A stretch of DNA of 64,000 nucleotides from Eledone cirrhosa (lineage: Eukaryota), in assembly GCA_964016885.1 (NCBI GenBank), contig OZ024742.1:145142001-145206000 (forward strand). Direction: 5' to 3'. The translations under genes were made by a program, and so were the position numbers. Shown one piece after another: positions 38,161 to 50,915 of the stretch. How positions within the stretch are numbered: position 1 is the stretch's first letter; every line of letters begins with the position of its first letter. The notes under the pieces are model-generated. The model was not told where the DNA came from. It did not search any database and saw only the letters and a list, made by a program, of their open reading frames with translations.

Positions 38161-39224
38161 AGTCCACGCATAACTGACTACAAGTGACTAATAGCAAGGT
38201 AAACACCCAGTGACAATGTTCTGACATGTTTAATATTGTTTTAACCTATTTTTTTCAATGCATTGATGAAAGGGACACAAATGGCAATATGCTTTTCAGA
38301 ATGTGTGTCTTGTATTTGTTACTGCTACTTGTGTTAGTGATGTCAAGCAATGACAGATCAAAGGCATAACATACTAGTCCAACATTGCTCCAACACAGTT
38401 TTTCAAACATTTTGTCTTTTAGATCAGAAAAATTTTTGCAATCCATCACACATTGTTGCCTTCACTGGGGCTAAATTGTATGAGCCTGAGCTACTTCATT
38501 AAATGTGGTTCATATAACATTAGTATGAACAGCAAAGTTTATTTAAGCTACCATTTTAAGTTATAAAGCTGTAACAAAGTTATATTCCTTGAAAGTTGTG
38601 AATTTGAGATCATAAGGATTATTCTTAATAGTTTGTGTGGAAATTTGACTTGAGGTTTTAATAGAATGATGTTCAAAAGCTTGTTTGTCATGCTCATAAA
38701 ATTGAAACTGAGTTAACCTTAATAGCCTTACTATGAACAGCAAACTTTATTAAGACCAACATTTTAAGTCATAAAGTTGGAAGAAAGAAGTTATATTCAT
38801 TGAAGAATAGTAAATTAAAACCATTTGAGACTTTTTTATTCTTCATTTTCAAGGCAAAAATTTGTCAGCTCAAATCATGCCTTTGGGCCAGAAAAAGTAT
38901 TACAAGTCAAGAATGAACGTACTGTTCTGGGACCTTTCATGTTGGTTTAAAATATAGACTTTAAAGTTACAGAACTCAAGCTCAGCCCAAGTAGCCTGAG
39001 TGCTGGAGTCACCACTAATACATAGAGAAATGGGAAAAGTTCACACATATATATGTTGTTAATCTACTATCTAGGGACTGTCAATTATATGTGTACTGTC
39101 CCAGTTTCCATGGACTATGTGATTGTTTCTGTAAGCTTTTGAAGACAACTATATTCAATACAACTTTAAGGTTGTCAAACACATTCTTATTGTGTTTCTT
39201 TATTATTATTGTTGTTGTTTAGCC

Positions 39225-39595
39225 CCAATGCAGCCCAGAGGTTGAGAAAACTTGTGATCAAAAGTATTTTGTCCATGAGCATCTTGTCATTTTTTCTTGG
39301 CATAGAATACCCCAAACCACATTATCCAATGTGTCCATCTTTTCTAAGGTGGAAGGGTGTTATTTGAGGGAGATTTGACTGCTATTTCTTGCAAGTTGAG
39401 TGACCACCTACTACTTTGAGCAGACATGAACAAAAACATTGCAACTATGTGACCATCTCATCTTTTTTCGGTACAGTGTTCTCAGACCCAAATTATTCAA
39501 TGTGTCTATCTTGTGTAAGATGGTAGGGTGTAATTTGAGGGAAATTTAGCTGTTATTTCTGGCAAGTTAAATGATCACATGAAAACCACCTCATT
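39225..39595 (+). mobile_element. Two adjacent degenerate copies of a SINE-like repeat
   Basis: attatccaatgtgtc..agggtgt.atttgaggg..attt..ctg.tatttct..caagtt appears twice (39320-39405, 39493-39580). A related reverse copy lies at ~57345-57500. Confidence 0.55.
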
Positions 39596-39624
39596 TCTTT
39601 ATGGTACATGTCCATAAAAATGTT

Positions 39625-39795
39625 GTCGATTGGCAAAATCGTTAGAGTATCGGGCAAAATGCTTTACAGTATTTGCTGCTGCTTTTTACATTCTAAGTTA
39701 AAATCGCACTAAGGTCAACATTGCCTTTCACCCTGGGGTTGATATATTCGACTGTTCCTCTTTTGCCAGATTTCTGGCCTTGTATCTGTGTTAAA
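39625..39795 (+). mobile_element. SINE copy (same family as 34365)
   Basis: gattggcaaaatcgttagagt head; aggtcaacattgcctttca..ctggccttgt. Confidence 0.65.
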
Positions 39796-42700
39796 AACAC
39801 TTATAATAAAAGTTATTATAATTAGAGTGCTCTCCATTTTGATTGTGAGACACTGCAATGGAAACCTATATTGTGACACCATTTAAAGACAAGATTTCAA
39901 CACTTCATCAGGTTTTCGTCTCATCTTCACTGTCATTTCTTGTCTTGAATATTTCTGAAGGACCAAAATGTTTGGACAAAGTTTTATTTCTAATTAAAAC
40001 CCTGTTAGAAGACTTCAAAAATTGATTTTCTGTAAAAGCATAACAGAAATACACTCACCCATCCCCACTAATCTAGCTGACATCTCATTCTACTGAAAAA
40101 CGGATCATAACGCTGCTACTTCAAATCTAACAAACTCTAAAAAGAAAAATGTAAAAGCAACAATATTTGATTAAGAAAACATCCTATTGTTGTTTTTGTC
40201 TTTGTTATATTGTCTTTTGTTTAATTTGAAGTTTGTTGAAGTGAATTAAATGAATTGGAGAAATTTAGAAGATTAAAGTTTGAAAATGAGAAAGAAAATA
40301 TAAAAAGGAAAATTATTAGAGCATGAAGAAGAATTAAAATCAAAGCTAACCCAAGTGTTTTTTCTCCAATGAAAGTAATGTTTTTTTATGATATAAAGTT
40401 ATATGCATGACTTTATTTTAGACACTCCACCTTGAAGTGTTTTTATGACGATGGATTATTAGGATTATTATTTTCTCATTTAGTGTTTTTATAGGGAGTT
40501 GTTTTGCTTTTGTTTCCTATTGCATTTGTACCTCTAGAATATGAGTGAAGACTCTTAACCCTCTACAAATTTTATAGAAAAACAAAATCATGATTTTTTT
40601 TTTCTTCTTACAATTGTTAAGAGATAACATGATTGCATAAATAAAGAACTGAACTATCTAATCATAGGTGTTGACTTCAAAACTATTGTGGTTTTTTTCT
40701 ATGTATTCATTGAATGCATATAATCCTAAATGATTTGACTCACTTGACATAGACTACCACCCTACATAGAAAGAGACTTATCCCTCATCTACATTATATG
40801 ATGAAAACAGACCCTAGCTTAGCAATGATCTCTTTAAATTTTTGGAAGGATGTTAGCCATTTTAATATGTTTGCATATGTATGATGATCATGCAGTTTTT
40901 CTTAAAGAACATTACCAATATAAAATGAAATGGCTATCATGTCTATGAACTTACAGCACTAACATTAAATATCTGGAATAGATATCCATTATAGTATAAA
41001 TAAATTCAATCTTCAAATAGATGGATATGGAGGTTATCTATCTTTCAGTTAGAGAAATGTAAATTGATTCATTCCATTTCAGAATTATGGAAGTGTAAAT
41101 TTATGAGCTTTTGGTCAATATTGTTATACTTTAACTCCTCTGTGTGTGTATGCATGTCATCCTAAACTTCTATTACATAGAAACAAGCATTGTTATCAAT
41201 TATTCTATTGGATATGTGTGATAACCTAAACAAGCATTTATCTCCAGTTCCATTAGTTGTTACAGCAGAGGTTTAACAAAATAACCCTGCAGTCTTTGGA
41301 TGTTTCTCACTTCAGTAATTCAGAGAAATTGATCAACATTGATTTAATCCATTCTTTTAAATCTCCTTTTATAAAATATAGCAAGAGCATAAGGCTTTAA
41401 TTTTTTCTCTCCGTTTTTCCTCAAGGCTTATCAGCTATCAAATTTATTTATTTATTTATTTATTTATTTTGCCGTCTGCAACATTGATTTTCAAGTACTT
41501 TCACAAAATAACATAATTTACATTTTAAAAAAAATTATTCTTGGATGCAATTTAAAGTTTGTAAGCAATACATCATTTTTTTAATGTAACTTATATTTCG
41601 TTAGTATTGGTTTTGCAATTTACTGGTCTCTGAGATGGAAGAAGACCATAGTTTACTGTAAACATTTACTGATGCATGTAGCGTTTGTTTTTATGCTGTG
41701 GAAACAGCTTTACATAAATGTGATTATATCTTGGTATGTGTGATTAAGCTCAAATCTTTTTTTATTTTATATTTTATATATTTCATTTTGCAATATTTTT
41801 GTTTACAAATTGGTTTTCGATGGTATCTTAAATGTTTTGATTATTTGGGATCATTTCAAAAACAAGTTAAATGATTCAAATGGGCAATTACTATTGGCAG
41901 TTTAGTGATACAGTTCCTTATTTTAAGGCTCCATTGTTGCTGTAAATCAGCAGGCAATATTATCAATTCAAAACTAAAAGTAATTAAGAATAAAGGTCCA
42001 TTCTGGTTGAATGGGAGGCAGCAATCTTTTATGGGAAGTTCAACACACACAAATTTTATTACTCATCTACTGATTTGTTCTAACTGCCTGGTAGATGAAA
42101 ACAATAAATTCATGGAAATAATAATTTAAAACTAAAAAACACTTATATATATTTATTTATCTATTTATTCAATGTAAACGTCCGTAGAGAGCAGTATTGA
42201 GTACTCCTTACAGTTGGTAATCAAAAAGAGCTAGTGAAACAAGTAATAAATAAAAAGAATTTAAGGGAAAAAAAAAATAAATAAATAAAAATAAGATTGA
42301 AGGCCAATGGTAGTCAGATTATGTTTCAAAAGTGAGAAAGTCCAGTTGGTTTGTTTTAATTTTAAAATTTTATATCAGTATATTGTAAATGCTAAAAAAG
42401 CATTTGCTATTGTAACAAATATTTGTTAATTGTATGCCTTGAACTAGATTCTATAACAAGTTTCTTCAATAAAATATTGTTGCTGCTGTTGCAATAACAT
42501 CTCCACATTATTATGTAATTTACCTACTTAAGATTATAATTGTTTAATATATGATATTCTTCAGAATAGATAAACTAAGATTTGATTTAGCTGAATAATT
42601 CATGAATTATTGACACCTGGAGGTGAAGTGTAATGAGAGATATATGGGATAAAATCTTTTCAGCTGTGATTGATCTTAGATGCAATGATTATCTGATTAG

Positions 42701-44689
42701 ATTTTATTGATTATTCTTGGTAGTTATTTCACAAACTTAGAGAGAAATAAATAAAACTGAAATAAGTTGAATTTTTTTCATTGGCACTCAGACTCTCATA
42801 TTTTCAGTGAAGCAATTTATCTAATGCACTAATTCTTATAAATTAACATTTATAAAACATTGATGCAATAGGTGAAGCAGTCAGTCAAAGCACCATATAA
42901 ACTCTTAATGTCCTGTACCACATGAAACCGCATTAGTGAGACATTCTTAAAAAGTACAAAATAGCACTATAACTACATCATATAAAAATTAAAGTCTTAA
43001 TTATTGCAAATTTTCACAATCTATTCGGTAGTAAAAAATACTATAAACGTTTGTATTAACAAGAAATTTTTTGCTAAATCATTACAGGATGTTAAGAGTT
43101 AATTACAATTCTAAATCTTTCCCTGAATATTATCTACTAACGATTTCTTAATGTCTGTACTTTGGTACAGATATAGTTGTGTGGTAAAAAAAGTTTGCTT
43201 TATAACTGCATTGATTTGAGTTCAATTCTACTGCATGGTATTTTGGGGGAAAATGCCTTCTTCCGTAGCTTTGGGATTGACTAGTCTTGTGACTGAAATT
43301 TGACCAACAGAAACTTTCTGGAAGCATTTTGGATGGACCATTACTATTTTGAGGGAGTAGACTTAGTTTGTGACCTAGTTGAACACCACCATCTGGTCCT
43401 TTAGTGATTTTAGTGGAGTCTGTTGCAAACATTTGAGCTATGTCTTTAGTTTAAGGATAACCTCCTCTTGAAGGTCATGAAAAAGACCTTTGACCAAGCA
43501 ATAAATCAACACTATAAAAAAGAAAAAGAGTCATACATTTTAAAAACTATATACCTTTAAAAACTATATACCTTATTTCAAATTTGATATAACCACATCT
43601 TCACAGCTCACAAATACGTTTTAATTTTTATTCCTTTTAGATATGTAATTTAATGGGTTACAGACACAAAACTTTATCTTTTAAAATAAAAAGAAATACA
43701 AAGTAGTATATTTTAATTTGATAGAACTTAGGGCAGAGCTTTGAGAACATGAAATGGTTTAATTAGCTTAAATTTGCCCTTGAAATATGTGAACTTTTGG
43801 TATCAGCAGTATTTTGTGAGATTTCTCAAAACTAAAAAAAAACAGATAAAGTTGTTTCTTTAATTATATATGTTATGTATTGTTTAGTATTTTCATTGTA
43901 ATGTCTTTATTGCTCTGATACATTTTAAAATGCAGTCGGACAAGTTTAAAGTCATAATGTTGCGAAAAGAAATGCTTTAAAGCTATTGTAACCTAAACAG
44001 TTTGTGGATCTTATCTATACAAAATACTTAAAACCATAGTAACAAAACATTCTTGAAAGATATATAAAATAGCAGTATAATTGTATTGCATTATATATTA
44101 GTCTTTAATTGCCTGTAAATCTTTACAACCAACTGCCTATTATTAAAGATATTATAAACATTCGAATTAACAAACCTGCTTTTATATATTTTCTGCTAAA
44201 TCATTGCAGGGCGTTAAAAGTTAACATTGCTTATCTTAAATATATCATTGTTAAATTCAAGTATTTTGTTTGGGTAAAGATGTTTATCTTTCCTTCAATA
44301 ACTGATAACGTGAAAAGTAAAGTTGAGTGATGACCTTCTCTTCTTTACTTTTTTATTTGCTCAGGAAGTGAAAATAGGATATTGTAATTTACCAATCTTT
44401 TAATGAAATTTGAAGTCTTGTGATTCTGATAAGCATATATTTATATTTGTATATTTCGCATTATTTTTTTTCTGTATCTTGGTAGGAAAACACACATTGA
44501 TATTAAAAAATGAAAAGATGACCAGATAGACAGATATACAGACATTTATATATAATATGTGATTAATAAGTTTGCTTCACAACCTATATTCTGCTGCTTT
44601 GCACTTTGGACAAGTGTCTTTTATTATAGTTTCAGGTTCACCAATGCTTTAGTAGATTAAAACTGAAAGGAAGCCCATCATATTACATC

Positions 44690-45056
44690 ATTTTCCATGC
44701 TTTCATTGGCTAGATGACTTCTCTTTAGTACAACTTCTAGCCTTTGTGTTTTTAGCATCCTGAGGGCAACTTTGACCACTTCTAACTATGTTTTACTTGT
44801 TTTTCTCTTCTTTGGCTTCCTACCACTTGGAAATTCCAACATTTCTTCACCCAATGATCATCATTCAGATACACTACGTGTCCATACCAGCACAATGTTC
44901 TCTTCTATACAATGCATCAGATTTTTCTTATGTCCAGGTTTTCTCTCAACTCTTCTAAGCTTTGTCATTCATGCACACTAACATTACACATCCAATAGAG
45001 TATGCTTGATTCATTTCTCTCTAACTTTCATATATCTTCTGTATTCAGAGCCCATG
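44690..45056 (-). pseudogene. Old RTE LINE 3' remnant
   Basis: Reverse complement aligns by eye with the RTE C-terminus (catgggctctgaatacagaagat..gaaatgaatcaagcatactctattggatgtgtaat..ctggtatggacacgt..gcatggaaaa). Confidence 0.65.
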
Positions 45057-45556
45057 CCTAATTATTAATTGGTTTTCAATTCTAATTGGACCCGCATCAG
45101 AAGGCATGTATATAATCTGATCAACCACAAGGAAACATGCCTATATATGCATATGCAGTTATACACATTGGTGCAGTCTCAGTTAAACATTTTGATTTAT
45201 ACAGTTATAATGTTATCATCCATTTCTGTTGCTAGCACATTTCTTAATATTCTGTTAAATGCCTTCTTCTGATAAAAAAAAAAGAAGCTAAATGTAGTGG
45301 CTTGTGTTTTGCTAAGAATCTCTTCTACAATGATGTATGTAAGGGAAGGAATTTTCTGTTAAGGATGAAAATCGTTTAGATTATGAGTTATGAATTGAAA
45401 TTTTTATTATTATAATTATTACAAAATGGAAAGAAGAGGAGAAGGTTCAGATTACTATATACAATACATCTGCAAAGGATAGAAATCATTTAGATTATGA
45501 ATGGAATTTTTTTATTATTACAAAACAGGATGAGAGAGAGAAACAGATTACTATAG

Positions 45557-45808
45557 AGTGGAATCGATCGACGACTCCCAAATCCCATTTGCTTACTGAG
45601 TAGGTTGGAACTTCTCAATCAGACAAAAGAAACACTTTTTCCATTGGTCTTTCCATTGCTGATACTTTCTACCAGTCACAACTCCTGGCAGAAAGCACTA
45701 CATGAAAATAAGTCTTCCTGAAAGACATAAATGTTCAGGAATCAAACTCGTAACCTCATGATTGCAAATCCAATTCTCTAACCACTAAGCAATGCACCTT
45801 TACTGTGA
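45557..45808 (-). mobile_element. tRNA-derived SINE with a 12-bp target-site duplication
   Basis: agattactatag at 45545-45556 and 45809-45820. Minus-strand A-box-like tgcttagtggtt and B-box-like gagtttgattcc. Confidence 0.7.
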
Positions 45809-46484
45809 AGATTACTATAGGTGAATCACTTTATGTAGTAAATCAGAAAATGTGAGCAAAAAGGACAGTTCAAGCTTGCTGCAAGCACCAGTGGGAAGTA
45901 AGTAGAGCAAAATTATCAGTTAATTGTGATATAAATGTATAAAGTAGCTGTATCACTATTGCTATCCAAATCACATGAATATAGCAAAATAGATATTAAA
46001 ATCATTATAATGATTGTAATGAGTCATTAATGAGTCATCTTAGTCATGTGGCAGTATTATTATTATTATTTTTCGCTAATTTGCCGTAGAGATTTTGACC
46101 CGCAAAAGAAATTGAATACATTTGTTGATCATCACCAACAGCAGCAGAAGTAATTACAGTAGATAAAGCATTACTGAGATTAGATCTACAAATTTGAGTT
46201 TATTATTTTTTCTTAACATCACTGTCATTATAATTATCATCATCAGCATCATAATTATCATCATCAGCATCATTATAATTATCATCCTCAATAATCCCAT
46301 TGGCAACAAAAGAGTAAAACTGATGTGGTAATCACAGAATAATAGTTCTATGACTACCATTGGTAATACTTCCTCCCTAATTACCATCAGTAATATGCTC
46401 TTCTACAACTAAAATATTCCTCCCTTCTCACTGACATTTGTAAATCTCCATAGATTAATATTCATAATTCTACCAGCATCTAGA

Positions 46485-47045
46485 CATATGGCCTAGTGGT
46501 TAGGATGTTATTTATCATCATGATATTGTGGTTTCAAATCCTGGACCAGGTTGTGCATTGTGTAATTGAGCAAAGCACTTTATTTGTTCCAGTACACTCA
46601 GCAGAAAATGAGTACCGGTAGTAGCTAGGGGTTAACCTCCAGGATTTGGAGAGACTATAACATTTTTTAAAACTAACATTGATACCTTGGATACAGCATG
46701 ATTGAATGGTTAAGGAATTAGATTTGCAATCTTTAGGTCCCAGGTTCGATCCCACTGTGTGGTATCTTAGATATGTGTTATTTACCATAGCTTTAAGTTG
46801 ACTCATGCTATGTGAGGGAAACTGGGTAGATGAAAACTGTTTTGAAGCCTGTTGGATGGGCTATACCTGTAAAGTAAAGGGCCATCAATAACACACATTG
46901 CATCATGTTGAATCTCCCTGAGTATTACATTAATGGTACACGTGTCTGTGGAATGCTCAACCACATACATGTTCATTTCATGAGCAAGCTGTTCCATTGA
47001 CTGAACAACTGGAACACTCATCATTGTAAATGGTGGAGATTCATT
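46485..47045. mobile_element. Cluster of three SINE pieces (two tRNA-headed on +, one body fragment on -)
   Basis: tggcctagtggttagg..gtttcaaatcctg (46488); gaatggttaagg..ggttcgatccc (46705); 46875-47040 is the reverse complement of the 61875-62040 repeat. Confidence 0.65.
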
Positions 47046-47077
47046 CCAATATTGCTGCCAGAAATAATCCACTTTAT

Positions 47078-47270
47078 TACCACCAGTAATGTAATATACC
47101 TCAACAGTAATATAATATACCTGTCACTACCACCAGTAATATAATATACCTGTCACTACCACCAGTAATATAACTCACCTGAAACTAACACCAGTAATAT
47201 TTCAGTTGCTACCACTATTAATACAACTGCTGTCACTACCACCAGTAATACACCTGCCATTAATACCAGT
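47078..47270. repeat. Degenerate ~29-bp minisatellite
   Basis: Unit caccagtaatataatatacctgtcactac, about 6 decaying copies. Confidence 0.75.
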
Positions 47271-47786
47271 ACTACTTCAGTTACAATCACTATTAGTACA
47301 ACTTATGTCACGACCACAAACAAGCAATACATTTGTCACACACCATGGAATATTCCTATCACAATTATATAGAAATACAATTATCACTATCACAGCCATT
47401 ACACAGCCATATCACTATGCCATCTGTAATCTTATTGCTTACTCTTATTATACAACTACCTAAGCTATTCTCCCATTATTGTTTTTATCTTTACCTAAAC
47501 TACACTACCTCTCACTCATGTCATATTTTACATAACACTTCATAACTTGGTATTCATCTTTGACTTAAATGCACCATATACTCTGCTTTAAAGGTTAAAC
47601 TTGAGCACTTACTTACATTATGATTAGTATGGCTAGAATTTCAAGTGATTCTCATAGATAAAAACTGACCAATCATTTCTCTGAAATACAGCTGCAGGAT
47701 AGAAAGTCATAACAAGTCAGCAGATGGCACTGGAGATCTTGGTTTAAATTAAATGTTATTGCAATATATGTGTGTGTCTATGTGTG

Positions 47787-47858
<72 letters not shown>

Positions 47859-47861
<3 letters not shown>

Positions 47862-48066
47862 TCATCAGCATCATCATCTTTGTTTAACGTCCGTTTTCCA
47901 CGCTAGCATGGGTTAGACGGGAGTTGTCCCACTTGAGGAAAGGCTGGTCGGGTGACCGTGTCTTGCTCATATAGGACTATCTGGCAGGTTTTCTATGGCT
48001 GGATGCCCTTCCTAACACCAACCACATTTACAGTGTGGAACTGGGAACTTTTTACCGTATTACCTA
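47859..48066 (-). mobile_element. Short 3'-end fragment of a related RTE, opposite orientation
   Basis: (CAT)n tail followed by a diverged reverse complement of the RTE 3' UTR (ggatgcccttcctaacaccaaccacatttacagtgtgg). Flanked by (TA)n. Confidence 0.85.
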
Positions 48067-48092
<26 letters not shown>

Positions 48093-48100
<8 letters not shown>

Positions 48101-50237
48101 ACTTAACGATGATGGCATACTTGCCATCACCGACGCTGATAAGAAGGTAGCTTGGAAGTGTCACTATGAAAGGCTACTAAATGAGGAGAATAAATGGGAG
48201 AAAGACAGTCTCCCCCATATCGACCCAATAGAGGGACCAGCAGTGTTAGTCGAGGGGAGTATAATAAGTAAGGCAATCAAGGATATGAAGACGGGTAAGG
48301 CGGCTGGGCCTTCGGAAATAGTTGCTGAGATGCTGAAGGCATCTGGCACGGTGGGACACACCATGGTCACCCGCATAGTTAACCAAGTCGTACAGAATGG
48401 GGTTGTTCCGAAGGACTGGCATAGCAGCATCATCGTTAACTGTTATAAGGGTAAAGGAGACGCCCTAGATAGGAGTAACTATAGAGGCATTAAATTAATC
48501 AACCAGGTCATGGTCACGGAAAAAGTAATAGCGCAACTAATCAGAGAGAGAATTGACCTAGATGAAATGCAGTTCGGGTTTGTGTCAGGCAAAAGTACCA
48601 CAGACGCTCTTTTCATTGTACGACAACTACAGGAGAAGTACCTAGCTAAAGGTAAACCCCTCTACTTAGCTTTTGTCGACTGGGAGAAAGCCTTCGACAG
48701 AGTCCCCCGCTCCATTATCTGGTGGGCTCTTAGAAAACTAGGCATTGACGAATGGCTTGTGAGGGCTATACAAGCCATGTATAAAGAAACAGTCAGCAAG
48801 GTTAGAATTAACAACGAATATAGTGAAGAGTTTAGCGTAAAAGTTGGCGTCCATCAGGGCTCTGTTCTCAGCCCCCTACTATTTATTATTGCCCTTCAGG
48901 CTATAACAGAGGAGTTCAAGACCGGCTGCCCATGGGAACTCCTATACGCAGACGACCTGACACTCATAGCGGAATCAATGGCCGAGCTAGAGAAGAAATT
49001 CCAAACATGGAAGCACGGCCTAGAATCAAAAGGACTTAAAATTAACCTGGCTAAGACTAAAGTTCTAGTTTGTAGGAAAGAAAATAAGGCGGCGGTCCCT
49101 TCTGGGAAATGGTCGTGCTCGGTGTGTAGGAAAGGCGTAGGTAGAAACTCCATTTTATGTCCTAAATGCAAAGTATGGGTGCATAAAAGATGTAGTGGGA
49201 TCACAGGTAAGCTAACTAAGAACATAGATTTTACATGTGGCCGGTGCTCTGGTGCAATAAGTAGCAGCAAGTGCCCACAAAATACTAGCTCTTTCAATTG
49301 CGCAGAGGGTTCTATAGAAATAGTGGACAGCTTCCGTTACCTGGGCGATAAAATCAGCAGTGGGGGAGGGTGCTCTGAAAGTACAGTAGCTAGAGTCAGA
49401 ACTGGTTGGAAAAAGTTCAGAGAGCTTATACCACTATTAGCTGCTAAAGGGTTCTCCCTAAAAATGAAAGGCAGGTTGTACGATGCCTGCATACGAACAG
49501 CAATGTTGCATGGCAGTGAGACCTGGGCATTGTGTAACAGTAATATACGTGAACGGCAAAGCATAAATGAACTAAGGAAAAAATTAGAAATAAGAGGGAT
49601 CAGATGTTGTTTACTCGAGAGAAGGCTACGTTGGTATGGACACGTGATGCGCATGAAAGTCGATAGCTGTATAACAAAGTGCAGGGCAATAAAGATAGAC
49701 GGTAGCCACGGAATAGGCAGACCTAGAAAAACCTGGGACGAGCTGATAAACTCCGACCTCACACACTTACACCTCTCCAAGACAATGTCACTGGACCGAG
49801 ACCTTTGGCGGTACTCAGTAACAGAGAAGACCCGCCTTACCTAAATACATAGTAAAACCTACTACAGCCAGTAGGCATCTCTAACAAAATACACCCCGTC
49901 CCACCACCACCACCCCCACCCCATCCACACCACCCCGTTCTATGTAAAGTTATGTTGGTGCCGCGCCATCCAGGCCGAAACAAATGAGATCGTGTAGGTG
50001 TCACGACAAAAAAACACACAGTCCACGCTGTAATGTGGCCGTGTAGGCAACACGGTAAAAACCTCCCAGACCCACACTGTAAATGTGGTTGGTGTTAGGA
50101 AGGGCATCCAATTGTAGAAAACCTGCCAGATAGTCCTATGCGAGCAAGACAATCACTCTTGCCTCAAGTGGGACTACCCCCGTCCAAACCCATGCAAGCG
50201 TGGAACACGGACGTTAAACGTTGATGATGATGATGAT
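48093..50237 (+). mobile_element. 5'-truncated RTE-clade LINE; RT reading frame open to 49844; no endonuclease domain; (GAT)n tail
   Basis: [72 protein letters not shown]. Same family as 26285-28105. Confidence 0.93.
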
Positions 50238-50700
50238 ATATGTTTATCCCGGGTTCAATATATATATATATGTGTTTGCAAGCAGGGAAGAGCGGACGTA
50301 AAATGATGATGATGATGATAGAGAGAGAGAGAAATGGATATATATATATAATTGAATTAATAGATATTTCTATGGGGATGAGAGCATATATATATATGCT
50401 CTCTTCTCCATAGAAATATCCAACCTGCTTTCAGAAATGGAGGATTTGAATCTTAAAGTTAAGGCCATTACTATTTCTTAGTCTATTTAACTTTTCATCT
50501 ATTTATTATGATAGTTAGCTATCTATCTCTTTCAGATGCTGTTTCTGCGTCCCTTTCACCCACCCCTTTCCACCACCTTATAACTAACTGTTTTGCACTC
50601 TTGCCTTTTGCTTACTCATTCACTCACACACACATGCACACACACTCTTACAGCACCAAGGACAATTTGTTACACTGTGAACAATTTAATGACTGCAGGG

Positions 50701-50915
50701 CAGACATGGACTCTGTAAGCTGTAGTGAAGGCAACCCACCTAGGAGAGCAGTAACTCTGATTAAAAACAATTACATGCAGCAGATGTAGACTCCATAAGC
50801 TGGAGTGAAGGCAACCCATCTAGGAGTGCAGTGACTCTGAATTAAAAAACAACTGCACGAGGCAGACATGAGCTCTGTAAACCATAGAGAAGGCTACTCA
50901 TTTAGGAGAGTAAAC
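50701..50915 (+). repeat. ~80-bp tandem repeat, about 2.7 copies
   Basis: Unit cagacatggactctgtaagctgtagtgaaggcaacccacctaggagagcagtaactctgattaaaaacaa starts at 50701, 50781 and 50863. Confidence 0.8.

Noticed and set aside
38255-38515. Possible hAT transposase remnant (ILKSILPFVS)
   Set aside because: Only a vague motif resemblance; nothing else supports it.
38525-38805. Two diverged ~75-bp direct repeats 208 bp apart
   Set aside because: Real but short and decayed, with no termini or TSD; cannot be assigned.
46485-46770. tRNA-like A/B boxes
   Set aside because: No cloverleaf; they continue into repeat bodies, so they are SINE heads rather than tRNA genes.
47952-48092. N-terminus of the 630-aa RT ORF
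   Set aside because: It derives from an antisense RTE 3' UTR fragment plus (TA)n and is in frame by chance. The same applies to the YI-RT fusions at 23506 and 24955.
47078-50915. Spaced repeats at 47078-47270 and 50701-50915 as CRISPR-like arrays
   Set aside because: The units are whole tandem copies without unique spacers, the context is eukaryotic, and there are no cas genes.
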